This document shows, piece after piece, positions 13,346 through 27,548 of a stretch of 64,000 bases of DNA. Numbering within the stretch: position 1 is the first letter of the stretch; every line of letters begins with the position of its first letter. The translations under genes were made by a program, and so were the position numbers. The notes beneath the pieces are model-generated. The model was not told where the DNA came from, ran no database searches, and was given only the letters and a program-made list of their open reading frames with translations. Source of the stretch: Selaginella moellendorffii (Eukaryota; Plantae; Lycopodiophyta). The stretch is taken from the NCBI RefSeq assembly GCF_000143415.4, contig NW_003314290.1:558001-622000 (forward strand), in the 5' to 3' direction.

Positions 13346-14299
13346 TCTGCGCTGCGTTGTGTTCTGCCTCTCTACGCAAAGGTTTGCCTCGAAAGCTCTT
13401 TCTAATATCCAACTGAAATGTCGATTGATGTGCAGGCAAAGAAGCACGTCCTAGTGTCTGAAAAGGCTGGATCGGATGGACTTCAAGCAGGAGGTGGAAA
13501 ACAGGCTTCTAAGGCAGCTCGTGCTTCAAGCAGCTAAAGCATTCATCTCGAAGTTAAGGACCCTTAAAATTTTTTAACTGTTTTAAGGATCTTAGCATAT
13601 TCGTTGGGGATTCTTGTTCTTCCTCTCTTCGCGTTGGAGGTATGGGTGGAAATGTATGGAAGGTAATGCGTGGTTAGGAACCAGCGCTCCATCTCCAGCT
13701 TCTCTAGCGTCTGGTAGGCCTCTCACCACAGAGATCAGCGGTTTGCTAGGCTTGGAGCTTCGGACCAAGGCTCCGCGGGCACTCCGATATCAGTCGCTAG
13801 GCCAGATTCGAGCTCCCGGATCATCCAGTCGCCGGCGGAGAGCTGAAAGTCGCCGCCTTTCATCACTTCTCCCCGCAGCGATGAGCGCTTTGCTCGTTCT
13901 TCATCGTTGCCGAGGCTCGGCGAGTTCAACTATCGCATGCTAGACGAGACCGGATTCGAGCGGCGGGATCTCATCCGGTCACTGGCGGAGCCCGGCTTTC
14001 ATCACTTGTCCGCCGGCAGCGATCAGCGCTGTGCTAAGCTTGGAACTCCGGAGGCGTTTTTCAAGGCTTGGCGAGTCCAGATATCCATGGCGCGATAGGC
14101 CGGATTCGAGCTACCGGATCACCGCGGAGCCTGCCCGCCTTTCATCGCTTCTCCGTGCAGCGGTCTCGAAGCTTGGAACTCCGGAGGCGTCTCTCATTGT
14201 TTCCAAGGCCCGGCGGGTTGCTAGGATCTCGATTGCATCCAGTCCGGATCCAGTCGCCGGCAGAGCGCTAAAAGTCCCGCCATCCATCACTGGTTTTTT

Positions 14300-14728
14300 C
14301 AGATCGCCAACTCCGAAAGCCTCGAGAGCCTGCTTGACCGATGTGAATCCGCGCTCGAGAACGAGCCAGCAATGCGATTCTCCATGGGCATTAAAGTCTG
14401 GGATCACTTCCCGGATAGAATGGTCTGCGTCTTCTACCGAAAAGATGCTCTTGGCCTGGCCGAACCGTTTCACGGCTACTCCTTCGGCCCATATGCCACA
14501 TATCTTGTGGGGGAGACCATGGCGACCTTGGCGTTTCATGGCTTCAAGCCCAGAAACCCCAACAGGTGGTCCGGGATTGAGGTCAGGGATCCCGTGTGCT
14601 CCCAACCCGGGATGGCGATATATTCGGTTCCTATCTTGTCGCAGTGGATCTTCGGCAATGCTGTACCCCCTGCGGTGTATCGGTTCGATCTTTACCGGAT
14701 TCAGAGAGCAGTCCACCGCTATGGATAG
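14300..14728 (+). pseudogene. Uma2-like nuclease subfamily A, C-terminal half (5' deleted)
   Basis: IANSESLESLLDRCESALENEPAMRFSMGIKVW..MVCVFY..YSFG..CSQPGMAIY..FDLYRIQ. This overlaps the 10230-10345 sequence and parallels the layout of the 14984-15862 protein. Confidence 0.55.
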
Positions 14729-14983
14729 TGAATTCGGACCAAGGCCTACGTCTTTTCTTTTCGCTTTTCACGACTTCAGCTCGAAGCGACTCGGCAGAGC
14801 CAAGCTTGTTTGCAATCCAATTCATTCGCAACGCCTTTTATTCTGAATCGAGAGAGTCTGTCCTTTGTTCATGTCTTGGCGGCAAGAGAGGAGTATGAAA
14901 GATACATAGATAATAGCTTACAAGCAAAACACGGGTATGAGTAAAAGACTAAGCTGGTGTAGAGATGAAAAGACACGTCTAGA

Positions 14984-15862
14984 CTATCTAGTTGTGAGGA
15001 GCTCATACTTGATGGCGTAGAGATCAAACGTGAAGTAGTCGCCACAGTGATTCCGAATGGCGTCGGCATCGTCGCCAGCACCCTCGAGCACTCTGGTGGT
15101 GTCAACTTTGATCTGGTAGCTTGGGATGCCCTCGCTGTCGCACGCAATCCCGCCATGCCCGACCCCGCACACCGAAATTCCCTGCTCTTCCAGCCACCCC
15201 ACAGTCACGGGATTCAGCGCCTCCTCCCCAAACGAGACGGCACTCCTGGCAGTGACGCTGCTGCCATCAACTTCGTCTCGCTCGAAAACCACAGCAACCA
15301 TCTGCCTCATCTGCGACTTGAGGTAGCACTTGAGCGCCACGAAGGTCTGGACCTTGGAGCCGGGGCTATGGAAGTAGGCGTCCTTGTAGGAGAGGAGCTC
15401 GGGCAGCGTCTGGCACTGTCCGACGTCGAGGATGAAGCGCGGGCATGGGCGAGTGGTCAAGTCCTTGCCATCGTGGGGCTCGAGCCGGTAGAGGTCCTCG
15501 TGGTGGGCTTGGACGGTCACGTACTTGATGCTTCCAGTGGGAGGATAGGCGAATCGCTTGCGCTGCACCGTCCACACCCACGGCGCCGGTCGCTCCATGC
15601 GCCTGCTCACGTACGCCGCGACGAAGGATTGGTGCTTGCGCTCCACCGCGATCACCCTGCCGATGGGGCGCACGATACACGACGCCCCTAGCTTCCATCG
15701 CTCGCGGTAGACCAGGAGCTTGTCCATGCTCCAGCCCGTGCCTACCAGACACTCCTTGCGCTTGTTCCATGCCTCCCAGTCGAGGTCGTCGTCGTGCTCC
15801 GCCTTGCGCTCCGCTGCCTCAAGCGCCCGATAGAGCACAGCCTCGAACGATTGGCGCGGCAT
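14984..15862 (-). CDS. Intronless 292-aa putative Uma2/PD-(D/E)XK-fold (Crinkler REase-like) protein, subfamily B
   Basis: Intact GC-rich ORF with motifs PRFILDVGQCQTLPEL, YF..VQTFVALK, SFG, GVGHGGIACDSEGIPSYQI and FDLY. Conserved paralogues at 17971 and 19010. Confidence 0.6.
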   Translation of the reverse strand: MPRQSFEAVLYRALEAAERKAEHDDDLDWEAWNKRKECLVGTGWSMDKLLVYRERWKLGASCIVRPIGRVIAVERKHQSFVAAYVSRRMERPAPWVWTVQRKRFAYPPTGSIKYVTVQAHHEDLYRLEPHDGKDLTTRPCPRFILDVGQCQTLPELLSYKDAYFHSPGSKVQTFVALKCYLKSQMRQMVAVVFERDEVDGSSVTARSAVSFGEEALNPVTVGWLEEQGISVCGVGHGGIACDSEGIPSYQIKVDTTRVLEGAGDDADAIRNHCGDYFTFDLYAIKYELLTTR

Positions 15863-16079
15863 CCTAAAACCCTAGAGCCCCAAAAGGGGTTTTACATATC
15901 TTCTTGCATCACGACACTTGACTAACGGTTTGACTGTTGACGAACGCCTCAGCTCCAAGCTTTTGGTGGCTGCTGTGCTGCAGTGCCCCATCTCGATCGG
16001 ACGAAAGTTGCTCTCCACGGCCGTGAGGACCTCGCGCTGGATTTCTTCCGGGAGATGGTAGCAGAGGAGTGACGAGCAA

Positions 16080-16330
16080 AAGATCAAGCCGTCCACGAGA
16101 CCAGGCTCTGGTCGCCAGCCATGTCCTGGAAGAACTTCAAGTCGCGTCGCCGAGGCTCCCGGCCGCCTTGCGGTACATGATCCGAGCTTGGATCTGAGCT
16201 TTTCCATGGTCCAGCCGAGCTAGCCCAGGCTCGAGTAAGCGCTGACGAGATTGAGGAGCACCACCATGTCGAGCTTCGTCCAGTGGTATCTCTTCGAGAG
16301 GATGGAACCTCCAAACGTTTTCTACTGGAC
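16080..16330 (-). pseudogene. Degenerate PPR fragment
   Basis: Across frameshifts it reads LVSAYSSLG, MYRKAAGSLGDA, KFFQDMAGDQSLVSWTA. Confidence 0.5.
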
Positions 16331-16424
16331 GCATCATGGTCGTGGACAATGGCCTCGTCCCCTGGCCTCTTCCGCATTTGCATACATTTGGACGAGATGG
16401 AGATCCTTGCCCAGGCTGCTGTCG

Positions 16425-17370
16425 ATGATTTCCTTTTTTTCTTTGCTTCTTCTCGATCTGGACAACATATATCCTCGCATTTTCAGTCACGAAGCGGCTG
16501 GGTGAGTCTACTAGCTATTGTAAAGCTCTCGAGATTTCCTTTAACGTTTGACAGTCGGAAGTTTGTTCTGGAATCGCTGAGAGCATAGGCAAATATGTGA
16601 AGGGTGTTCAACAAGGAGATGACGCACTCACTCCCTTAGAGCAAAGACTGTGACTGCTGCAAATCCTGAAAGACCAACGTCTGGGATTGATCCGGAGAGA
16701 GGGGTGATGGTGAGCAACGGCAAGAGCAGATTTTCTCACACGATGGCGAGACCATCTACCATTTCCTGGGAACTTCCACGTCTAGCCATACACTGTTGTG
16801 GGTCAAGCTTGCATTTGTGTTGTAAATAAGGACGCTCCTCTTGAGAAGATTTGTCTCCTCGGTTGTGGTGTCACTACAGGTAACTTCTTGCTTGTCTTCC
16901 AGGGAGTGATTGGTTTTTGTCTTTCTCTTCCAGGTGTTGGTGCTCCCACAAAAGCCGCGAGAGTAGAATTTTGGTCTCGGAACTATTGGATTTGCTGTAA
17001 GTGTTTTCAAGGCTTTTTTTATTCTTTTTTGTTTTGGTTTGTGGAGTTTCATATTGTCTGTGTAGGCTGCACAAGGTGCTAACATTGCTGCGAAAAATTG
17101 CCATCGATAAATCCTTCAACGCTGGAAGAAGGTATGCATCAACGTTTTTCTTCACCTTGCTATCTAGGAAAGGACGGATGCGATCAATCCAAAAGACCGT
17201 GGCAAGCGAGTGCAAGAGGTAAACTGCGTCCGACCTCTATGTCCTCGCTACATAACACTTACGATATCTTCAAAACTTCGGGTGATTCGAACAGGGGAGG
17301 CCTTCTACACGATCGAGTGCGTTATCTCATTCCCGATGCTGTGGAGAGCTCATGAGGTGAATTTACAGAG
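16425..17370 (+). pseudogene. ADH-like pseudogene, near copy of 11660-12620
   Basis: Shares the same deletions as the 11.6-kb copy relative to the intact gene. Confidence 0.85.
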
Positions 17371-17970
17371 ATCCTTGCCCAGGCCGCTGTTGATGATCTA
17401 GGTGTGGATTCTCCAGCCTTCGGTGATGATGTACGTAAAATCTTGAACACATGAACAAAGAATTATTGTTTCATATCGCTGTACCGTGAAACAAAGACTC
17501 TCATACACAAGCGAGCTTGTTGCGGTACACATGGAAGCAGCAGCTCCTCAGACGTAGGATTCTCTAAGGTAAGAAACATAGATATGTGGATAAATACGAA
17601 CCAAATGTGTACCATGAATCATTTTGCGATGGCAACAGAATCTAGAAGCTGACGATGTCCGTGTCGAGGCCTGTGTCCTTAAGAAAGAGTGCAAGTCCTG
17701 AGCTGCGAAGACTGAACAACAAACAGAGTTAGTATATAAAAAACAAATGTAAATTGCATGCTATGGTACCTTGATCAGGATGCAGTGATTACGATAATCC
17801 TCTTGACCGAGTTAGTGAAGGAAGAAAAGTTTCATGTCCATTTACCTGTCCATTCTTGGGGCCATCGCGACTAACAACTGGAAATCTCTATAGCTAATAG
17901 AGGGATCCTTAGCCAGGCCTTTGATGGGAAACTGTTACAAAACTCGTAAACCCTAGCCTCGGGTTTAAGG

Positions 17971-18826
17971 ATGCCGCGATCATTTGAAGCCGTGTTTGCG
18001 CGCGCGCTCGAGGCAGTCAAAGCGGAGCACGATGACGACCTCGACTGGCAGGCATGGAACGAGCGTGAAGAGTGCGTCGTGGGTAAGGGCTGGAGCATAG
18101 CCAAGCTCTATCGCTACCTCGAGATATGGAAGCTAGGGGTGTCGTGTGTCATGCGTCCCGGCGGCAAGGTCATCACCGTGGAGCGTCAACATGAATCGTT
18201 CGTCGCCGGCTACGTCAAGGATAGGATGAAGCCCGTGAGGGAGTCCATGGGGCGCAAGACGTGGGCGACACTCTACGTTCCATTTGCCCAAGGGAAGCAT
18301 CAAGCTCCTCACCATGAAAGCGTACCATGCCGCTCTCAACCAGCTCGAGCCCTCCAATAGGAAGTGCTTCGTCAATCGCCCATGCCCGCGATTCATCCTC
18401 GACGTTGGACAGTGCCAGACGCTGCCCGAGCTCCTCTCCTACAAGGACGCCTACTTCCATAGCCCCGACTCCAAGGTCCAGATCTTCCTGGCCCTCAAGT
18501 GCTACTTGAAGACGCGGATGAGGCAGATGGTGGCGGTGATGTTCGAGCGAGGCCACTGTGCGAGTATCACTGCGAGAGCCATCTCGTTTGGGGAGGAGGC
18601 GCTTCATCCCGTGACTGTGGCGTGGCTGGAGGAGCAGGGGATTCCATTGACTGGAGTGGGGCATGGCGGAGTGGAATGCGATCGACCGGGCATTCCGTGC
18701 TACGAGATGAGGGTGGCAGTGACGATGTCGACGCCGTTCAAAAGGAGTGTGGCGACCATGTTATACTTGATCTCTACTGCATCAAGACAGAGTTCCAGGA
18801 TAGCGCTGGCTATAGAGCTTCTTTAG
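17971..18826 (+). pseudogene. Paralogue of the 14984-15862 ORF with frameshifts
   Basis: MPRSFEAVFARALEA..HDDDLDW, then a frameshift near 18290, then RPCPRFILDVGQCQTLPELLSYKDAYF..GVGHGG. Confidence 0.75.
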
Positions 18827-19009
18827 AAAGTTCGTGTAGAGATTAAGTATTTAGATTGTCCAAAATATGCTTAGCAAATAAAAAATTATAAATGATAAAT
18901 ATGAAATTATATGTAGAAATCTAATATATGGACAAATACCTTTAAGGTGATCGACGATTGTGTTGTTAGTTCTTTTTAGTTTCCAAACTAAATTGTCGAA
19001 CCAAACTAG

Positions 19010-19632
19010 ATGCCGCGATCTTTTGAAGCGGTGTTTGCGCTCGCGCTCGAGGCAGTGGGGCGCAAGGCGGAGTGGAACAACCGCGAGGAGTGCACCGTGG
19101 GTAAGCGCTGGACCGTCGGCAAGCTCAACCGCTACCTCGAGATGGAAGCTAGGGGTGTCGTGCATGCGTCCCGCGGGCAAGGTCATCTCTGTGGAGCGGA
19201 ATCGTTCGTCGCCGGCTACGTGAGGGATAGATTTATGTCCAGGAGGGATGGGATGGAGCCTCTGCGGCGCAGGACGTGGGGACTACTCTACATTCCATTT
19301 GCCCATCTCGCCAAGCTCCTCGCCATGGAAGCCTTCCATGCCGATCTCTACCAGCTCGAGCCCGATGAGGGGAAGTACCTGACGAATCGCCCATGCTCGC
19401 GCTTCATCCTCGACATCGGCCAGTGCCGACGCTACCCGAGCTCCTCTCCTACACGGACCCCTACTTCCAGAGCCCCGGCTCCAAGGTCCCGATCTTCCTG
19501 GTGATCAAGTTGTACGTGAAGACGCAGCTGAGGCAGATGGTGGTGATGTTTTACGAGCGAGATGGCGATTCTAGAGCCTCGTTTGGGGAGGAAGCGCTCC
19601 ATCCCGTGACTGTGGCGTGGGAAGAACAATAG
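19010..19632 (+). pseudogene. Truncated paralogue of the 14984-15862 ORF
   Basis: MPRSFEAVF, LEPDEGKYLTNRPCSRFILDIGQC, SFGEEALHPVTVAW; several frameshifts and an early stop. Confidence 0.75.
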
Positions 19633-19810
19633 TGTTAATTGTGTGAGGCAAGGGTTTTAAACGTATAATTAATCATAGATAGGCCAAGTGTTACTTAATT
19701 AAATGAGGCAACGTGTCAATGTGCATGGTCTGTTAAATGGGCAGTGGTGGTGTCGTGGTGGGTCTATCAAAAAAGTTCTTCGTTCTGTTCATTCGAAATA
19801 CAAGCACGCC

Positions 19811-21491
<1,681 letters not shown>

Positions 21492-21729
21492 AAAATCTTT
21501 GTATAGACATTGACATTGCGATTTTAATAATTCGTGGTTTAATAGCACGTTTAACATTCGGTGTTGTGTCATACGTGGCAAAACCCAAAACCCTTTGCCC
21601 TTAATTGGGATATCTAGTCTCTCTGCGCTAGGCCGCCCCACCGCAGCGCCCACGCCCAAGGTACGCTCGACGCCATTCGCTTTTGCTAGCTCCAATTTGC
21701 TCCTTCTTTCCAAGCCAGGATCTCGCAGT

Positions 21730-24700
21730 TGCCATGGCGTCGCGGCTCCGATCCATCGCTAGGGCTCTTGGAATGTAGCGTCGGGGAAGACTCGTCTATC
21801 TTGGAAGAGGGTTTGGCGGCGAATCCCGCAGCAATGTGGCAGCAGCAGCAGCAACAGCAATCCGAGTGGAGGAATGCGAATCATCCATTCTGGCAGCAGT
21901 ACCAGCGGCAGCAGCAGTACCAGCAGCAGCAGCAGCAGCAGTGGAGGAATCAAAACCAGACGATTTTCCTCGCGAGTTTCCACAGGCGCCACTAAACATA
22001 TTGGCGATATATTGGCGATGGAACGCGCAGGACTTCTCAAGGGCCTGGAACTGGAGCAAGGCGGCCTTTTCGTGGAACCAAAGAGACAATAGGAATTGGT
22101 AAGGTGGGAGGTTTGTGAGGCAGGATGATATTCAGACGCCATAGTTGCAGCTAGACGTGCAAACGTTCCCACGTGTTAACGTTTAAACGCTGTTTAAAAC
22201 GTTTCTTTTCAGGACAATCCAACGTTTACATGTTAAAGCCTAAAATGATTAAGAAAACACTAATATTTACTAAAGTTTGATAATAAAACCTAACCAAATA
22301 ACATACTAAAACAAATGAAAGAAGAAGCTGTTTTAGTTGTCTTCCAATTCTGAATCATCTTCCATTCCTTCATCGATGCTAAACTCCTTAGCAGCCTGAT
22401 TTAGTTCCTCAAAAGCTTCTTGTAGATCCAAAATCCTCTTCCAATGAGGCTCCAACTCCTGTTTATATCAATCTCTAGCATCCTCATCTGTGCATCTAGC
22501 TGCAAGTCCAGATCACCTCCGCTATAAACATGCATGTACTCCAGCCAGTTCCCGCGTGCCTCATTGTCCAGCTTGTCGTTCTCCGGGTAGAAACAGAGGA
22601 TGAAGAGCAAAAGCAGCTCCATGATTTAGTTGTGCATTTGATACCACCCTGCCTCCTTCAGACCGTGTGATTCAAGTAGGAAATCCTTAATTTGTCCCAC
22701 TTCCTCATGTGCATAAATTTTGTTTCGAGCTCCCTCATCCATCTTCTCAATCAGCTGATCAACAGCTTCAAAGATGAGGCTTGAAGTCGCCCCCTCCCAA
22801 TCAGCGAGCTGAAGAACTCAAAGTAAAGGTCTGAGCAAAATTAACAAATTCTCGCACCGCTCCCAGAACGAGTCATCGAGAACATGAGATCGCAGCTCCA
22901 GGCCCTCCGGCTTCTTAGACCAGTCAAGTTGCTCCCATTCTTGGCTCACCACCATTCTTCGAAGCCCAGAGAGATTCGTGATCTCCAGAAGCTGAGACAT
23001 CATGAGAAAAATATAAGCAAACCTCGTGGTCACAAGCTTTATCAGATCCCGTTTGCAGAAAGTTCTATAAAGAGCTAGAACCTGTGGCTTTGAGGTGATG
23101 AAGGTAACTGTCTTTGCACAGCCATCGACGAAAGACTGCACCTAAGATAGAGCTCCAATATCTTTGAACAGCAAGTCCATAACGTGGCAAACGCAACGAA
23201 CGTGTACAATCTGTGGAAACTCCTGCTGCAAAAGCCCCCCCATGACCACGCAGTTGCTTGCATTGTCTGTCACCACCTGCACAACGTTTTCCGTGCCAAC
23301 CTTGGCAATCACTTGTTTCAGCTGCTCAAACAACCATGCTCCGGTTTTCTTTGCGTTCTTGCTGTCCACAACCTTTAGGAAAATTGAGCCTCTCATAGAA
23401 CTGACCATGAAGTTGATAAGAGACCGCTTCTTGATATCAGACCAGCCATCCGTGACAATGGTACAACCATATGTCCTCCAACTTAGCCGCACATCTTCAA
23501 GCCGCTTCTGAATGTTGTTGTAAATTCGTTGTAACTCAGTTGTTCACAACTTCTATATCCCATGAGGTTGTCAATCGCTAGACACCCCACTTTTGCAGCA
23601 ACTTTCAGCATTCTCTTCAAGTTGTCTCTTCAGATTGTGTTGAAGGAGATGTTCTCGGCAAAGAAGAACTCTGCAACAGCATCATCCAATGCCTCAGCCG
23701 AAGCAGTATCAAAAAATGTCACCAAATTTCCATCCGAGGATCTATGTTTCACTGCTCTGCTTGTCCCAGCACTGGACCAGTTCTCCATGCTTGCCACCAT
23801 AGATTCTGCTGGCCCCCTTGAACCCTGTGCGGTTTGCTGCTCGGAATCGGAAAAACTGCTGCGAGCCTTTTTAAGAACTTCATAAGGGATCTCCCTCATT
23901 GCCTTGCACGTTTTCACACCTCTTGCCCGAACTCCAGCGAGATGTGCTCGCACTCGGTCTGCTCCCCCAGTGTGAATCTCATGACAATACTTAAATGTCC
24001 AGTGCCACTCTGCTCGTATCACATGCTTCCAGCTCCAGCATTCGCAGCGTCCTCCAATTCCTCTGAAGAAACCCTAAAGAAACCTTTGTCTCTTTTTGCA
24101 AATAGTGCAAACGCGTTGGGAGTTTAGAACAGCGTATTTGAACGCATTTAAAACGTTACGTTTTTTAAGTTTCACACGTTTTCCGGCATCTATGCTTGAC
24201 GCTGGCTCCATTCTAAAGCTCAACCAAGCACCTTTCAAGGTAATTCTTTCGTTGTTCTTTCTCTCCCTTTCTTTTCTCATTTTTTTGGATCTTTTTCCTT
24301 CCAGAAAGGTTCATGTTTCTCTTGTACAACATTCTAGCTGCCGACAATGCTCGGGAGCATTATCTTGAGCTCTACTATCACATCCCAATGCGCTATGTGA
24401 AATGGGACTGGAGAAAAGTGCGCTTGGTGCAAGAAATCGAGTACTGGTCACCAGACATTCTTTGTTTACAGGTACTGTTAAAAGAACTTTGTTTTGTTTT
24501 TTTGCTTGTAGCATGTTTATACTGATGATATTTTCAGGAGGTCGATTGCTTTGCAGATTTGCAAGGCGAGCTAGTGAAGAGAGGATATGCCAGGATGTTC
24601 AAGGTATGTTCCCTCTTCTTTTGTACTGAAACCATCAGTGTCGAATTGGCACTGCCACTGGATGGGTGTGCAATCTTTTGGAGAGAGAAAAGGTTTGCAA
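21730..24700 (+). pseudogene. CCR4/Angel-like exonuclease-endonuclease-phosphatase gene, interrupted by hAT and apparently 3' truncated
   Basis: Gln-rich 5' exon at 21.8-22.1 kb. At 24305-24690 the exons read ERFMFLLYNILAAD..W.WRK..SPDILCLQ/EVD..LVKRGY/..DGCAIFW. No further exons found. Confidence 0.75.
22140..24194 (-). mobile_element. Decayed hAT DNA transposon (BED-like finger + DUF659 transposase)
   Basis: GCTIVTDGWSD, VVQVVTDNASN, CVCHVMDL and TRFAY motifs are broken by stops. Imperfect TIRs: catagttgcagctagacgtg at 22140 versus catagatgccggaaaacgtg (reverse complement ending 24194), 15/20 identical. Flanks tcagacgc / cttgacgc may be a degraded 8-bp TSD. Confidence 0.85.
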
Positions 24701-26880
24701 TTTTGCATTTTTTTTTGTTGTATTCCAAGTGTGTGAGTGTTGAGTTATATTTTGTTAAAGATGGATTTATGAAAGATCATTTAGTAATCATTTGTAGAGC
24801 ATAACTTTATTGTGATTGGATTTTAAATTGATGCAGACATATTCTTCATTAAGAAACTTTTTATAAAGTTAGTATAGTTTATCATTAAATCACTTTTTAA
24901 TGAAAAGTTAAAATTTAATTTCTAATAAACAATCTTGTCTAGAATATAACTACTTCAAATTTGACACTCAATTCATTAGAATGTTAATATATAATTGCTA
25001 ACTAATAAATGCACAAATATTAATAATACAAAGTTATAGGTGTGAGTGCATAGAATATGGAAAGGGAATACAAAAAATGTATATATCAATTAGCCCAAAA
25101 ACCCTAGTTTATATATAAGAGTGAGTGGTTCATATTGAAATTAATCCGACAACTACCAAAATCCCACTATGCTAAAATTAGTATATGGCATTGTAGTTAT
25201 ACACTTGGACCTCACATCATCCCCTTCTCTTAGAATAATGGAAGACTATTAGAGTTCTCTTGTAGATAGGCCAAGATCTAAAGGAATGTTAGGAGGAGGC
25301 ATTGGTGGATTTAGGTGGTACCAATTGTTTCTGATCCTTTTGTATGAAGTGTTTTAATGGTTGCAAATGCACAATTTCTGAAGGATCGGCTTGCTGGACA
25401 TCATGCCGAACCTCATAAACTTGTGGTCCAACTTGCCACAATATATGATACGGTCCTTTCCATTGAGCAAGGAGCCGCTTACATAAACCACGTACTGTAA
25501 GATGGGAAAAACAGACTAACACCAAGTCATCCACTTTGTACTCCACAGGTGGACGATGATAGCAGTTGTAGTGCCATTATTGCCCCACTTGTACATAGCC
25601 TAAGTGTTTCGTAGACTTTGCTCTGACAAGTGGAAGAATGCTCATCAAATACTAATCCCATGACCTAGCATTAGCAGCTTGTGGCAATTTCAAAGGTAAA
25701 CCTAGCTCTGCTAGTAATATTAGATCATGACTATATAGGAGTTTATATGGTGAAACACCAATAGAACTTTGCACCCCTGTGACATATGCATACCGAAGAG
25801 ACGGCAAATAACCATCCCAATCTAAATGCTAAAAGTTCACGTACTTTGCGATCATTTATTTGAATGTCCGAATGAGTTATTCCACTAAACCGTCTGACTG
25901 TGGATGATAAACACTTGTGAAAGTGTGGCATATCCCCAATCGAGACGTCAAAATATAAAATGCTTCAGCCATAAATGCGGGACCATTATCTAAAAGAATC
26001 TGCTCCGGACAAGAATGCTAGAACACCACTCGATTGAGGAGGAAGTATCCAATAGTAGTTGTAGAGGCACTAGTAAGAGCACCGACTTCCACCCAACAAG
26101 TCAAATAGTTAGAAGCAATAATAACATATTCATTGCCGGCAGTCGATTGTGGAAAAGGTCCTATAAAATCAAATACCACTAACTTAAACAGATGGGAAAC
26201 TGCAATTGACTTTAATTGTCCTTTCACAACACGAGAGGGAGTATTACAAGTTTGGCACCAAATGCAACTACGCACAAACCAGATAATATCATGTCACATC
26301 TCCAGCTAATAAAAAGACTTGCATAGCTTCTCGGTCACACAATGATGTCCTATATGCCCGCTTAGAATAGGAGAATCATGGTAGGCATAGAGAAACTATG
26401 GAATAAAGACAAAAGGCACCATTAGCTATAAATGATCATCAGGATCCATCCCCACAAAATAAAGAAGGCTATCTTCAAGGTGATATTGAGGATATAAATA
26501 CCAGAATGGCAAGTCATCAACAAGTGATATAAGATTCTCAAACCCATCTCAAAGCTTTCAAATCCATGGCTCAATTTTTTGAACTTCGCGGACCTCATTA
26601 AGAGAAGGTAGATCTTGCTCTACACCTTGTGGACACTGAACATCAAGTACAACAATTGCCGATAGCACAGAATCCTCGTCTAGAAAATCCACAAATGCTA
26701 GAACAATAGGCTCGTCAGAAACATGAGAAGAGAGTGGAGAAGGAAGAGAAGCTCAAGAAAGGGCATTAGCATTAGCCATAAAACTCTTTAGGCAATAAAC
26801 AACATCAAAATTATATATCTGAAGCTTCAAAGCCCATCGAGTAATACAATTAACTAAGTTCTTTCGCTTCAATAATGAAG

Positions 26881-27548
26881 TGTAGCACATGTGATCATGG
26901 GATGAGATTTAGATATATTGTCACTATGGATCTTTGGAACCTTGGGGGATAAATAGGGATAAAATAGCCACTAAGGGCTTTCTCTCATAAAATAATTGCC
27001 CTTTTTCTAGTTGGCTTAAGAGGAGAAAGATAAGGTGCGCTATAGTTGGTATTAGAGCAAATGGCATGGGTTCGATTCCCATTGATTAGTGGCTACTTAA
27101 AATATATTATACCCTTGAGCAAGGTATATTCCTACCCCTAAATTTAAAATCATACATATTGGCATCCATGCGTATGTCCTTCCTCTTGTGTGGAGTATTC
27201 ACGGACGAAGGTATCGTGGGACTGCGGTATGGATGGATGACTAATTGCCTCACATGGAATAACTGGTCTACACAATGGAAGGATTGGTAAATTCAGTGCG
27301 GAAATGGAGGTGTTGGTTCCCTTAGCTCAGTAGGGGTTGTTAGTCGATAGTCAATGAAGACATTGACATCTCTAAAGGGGGGGTGAGTGTAGCGCATATG
27401 ATCATGGGATGAGATTTAGATATACTGTCACCGTGGATCTTTGGAACCTTGGGGGATAAATGGGGATAAAATAGCCACTAAGGGCTCTCTCACAAACAAT
27501 TGCCCCTTTTCCAGTTGGCTTAAGAGGAGAGAGATAAGGTGCGCTACA
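26881..27548 (+). mobile_element. TRIM (terminal-repeat retrotransposon in miniature)
   Basis: ~160-bp LTRs at 26881-27044 and 27388-27548, PBS tggtattagagc (tRNA-iMet type), PPT aagggggggtgag, TSD TGAAG, and a ~340-bp non-coding interior. Confidence 0.92.

Noticed and set aside
14031-14846. 271-aa plus-strand ORF and 201-aa antisense ORF as genes
   Set aside because: Alternative frames over a GC-rich repeat region and the Uma2-like fragment, with no recognisable motifs.
27060-27090. tRNA gene suggested by GGTTCGATTCCC
   Set aside because: No acceptor, D or anticodon arms are visible; only a T-arm-like hairpin.
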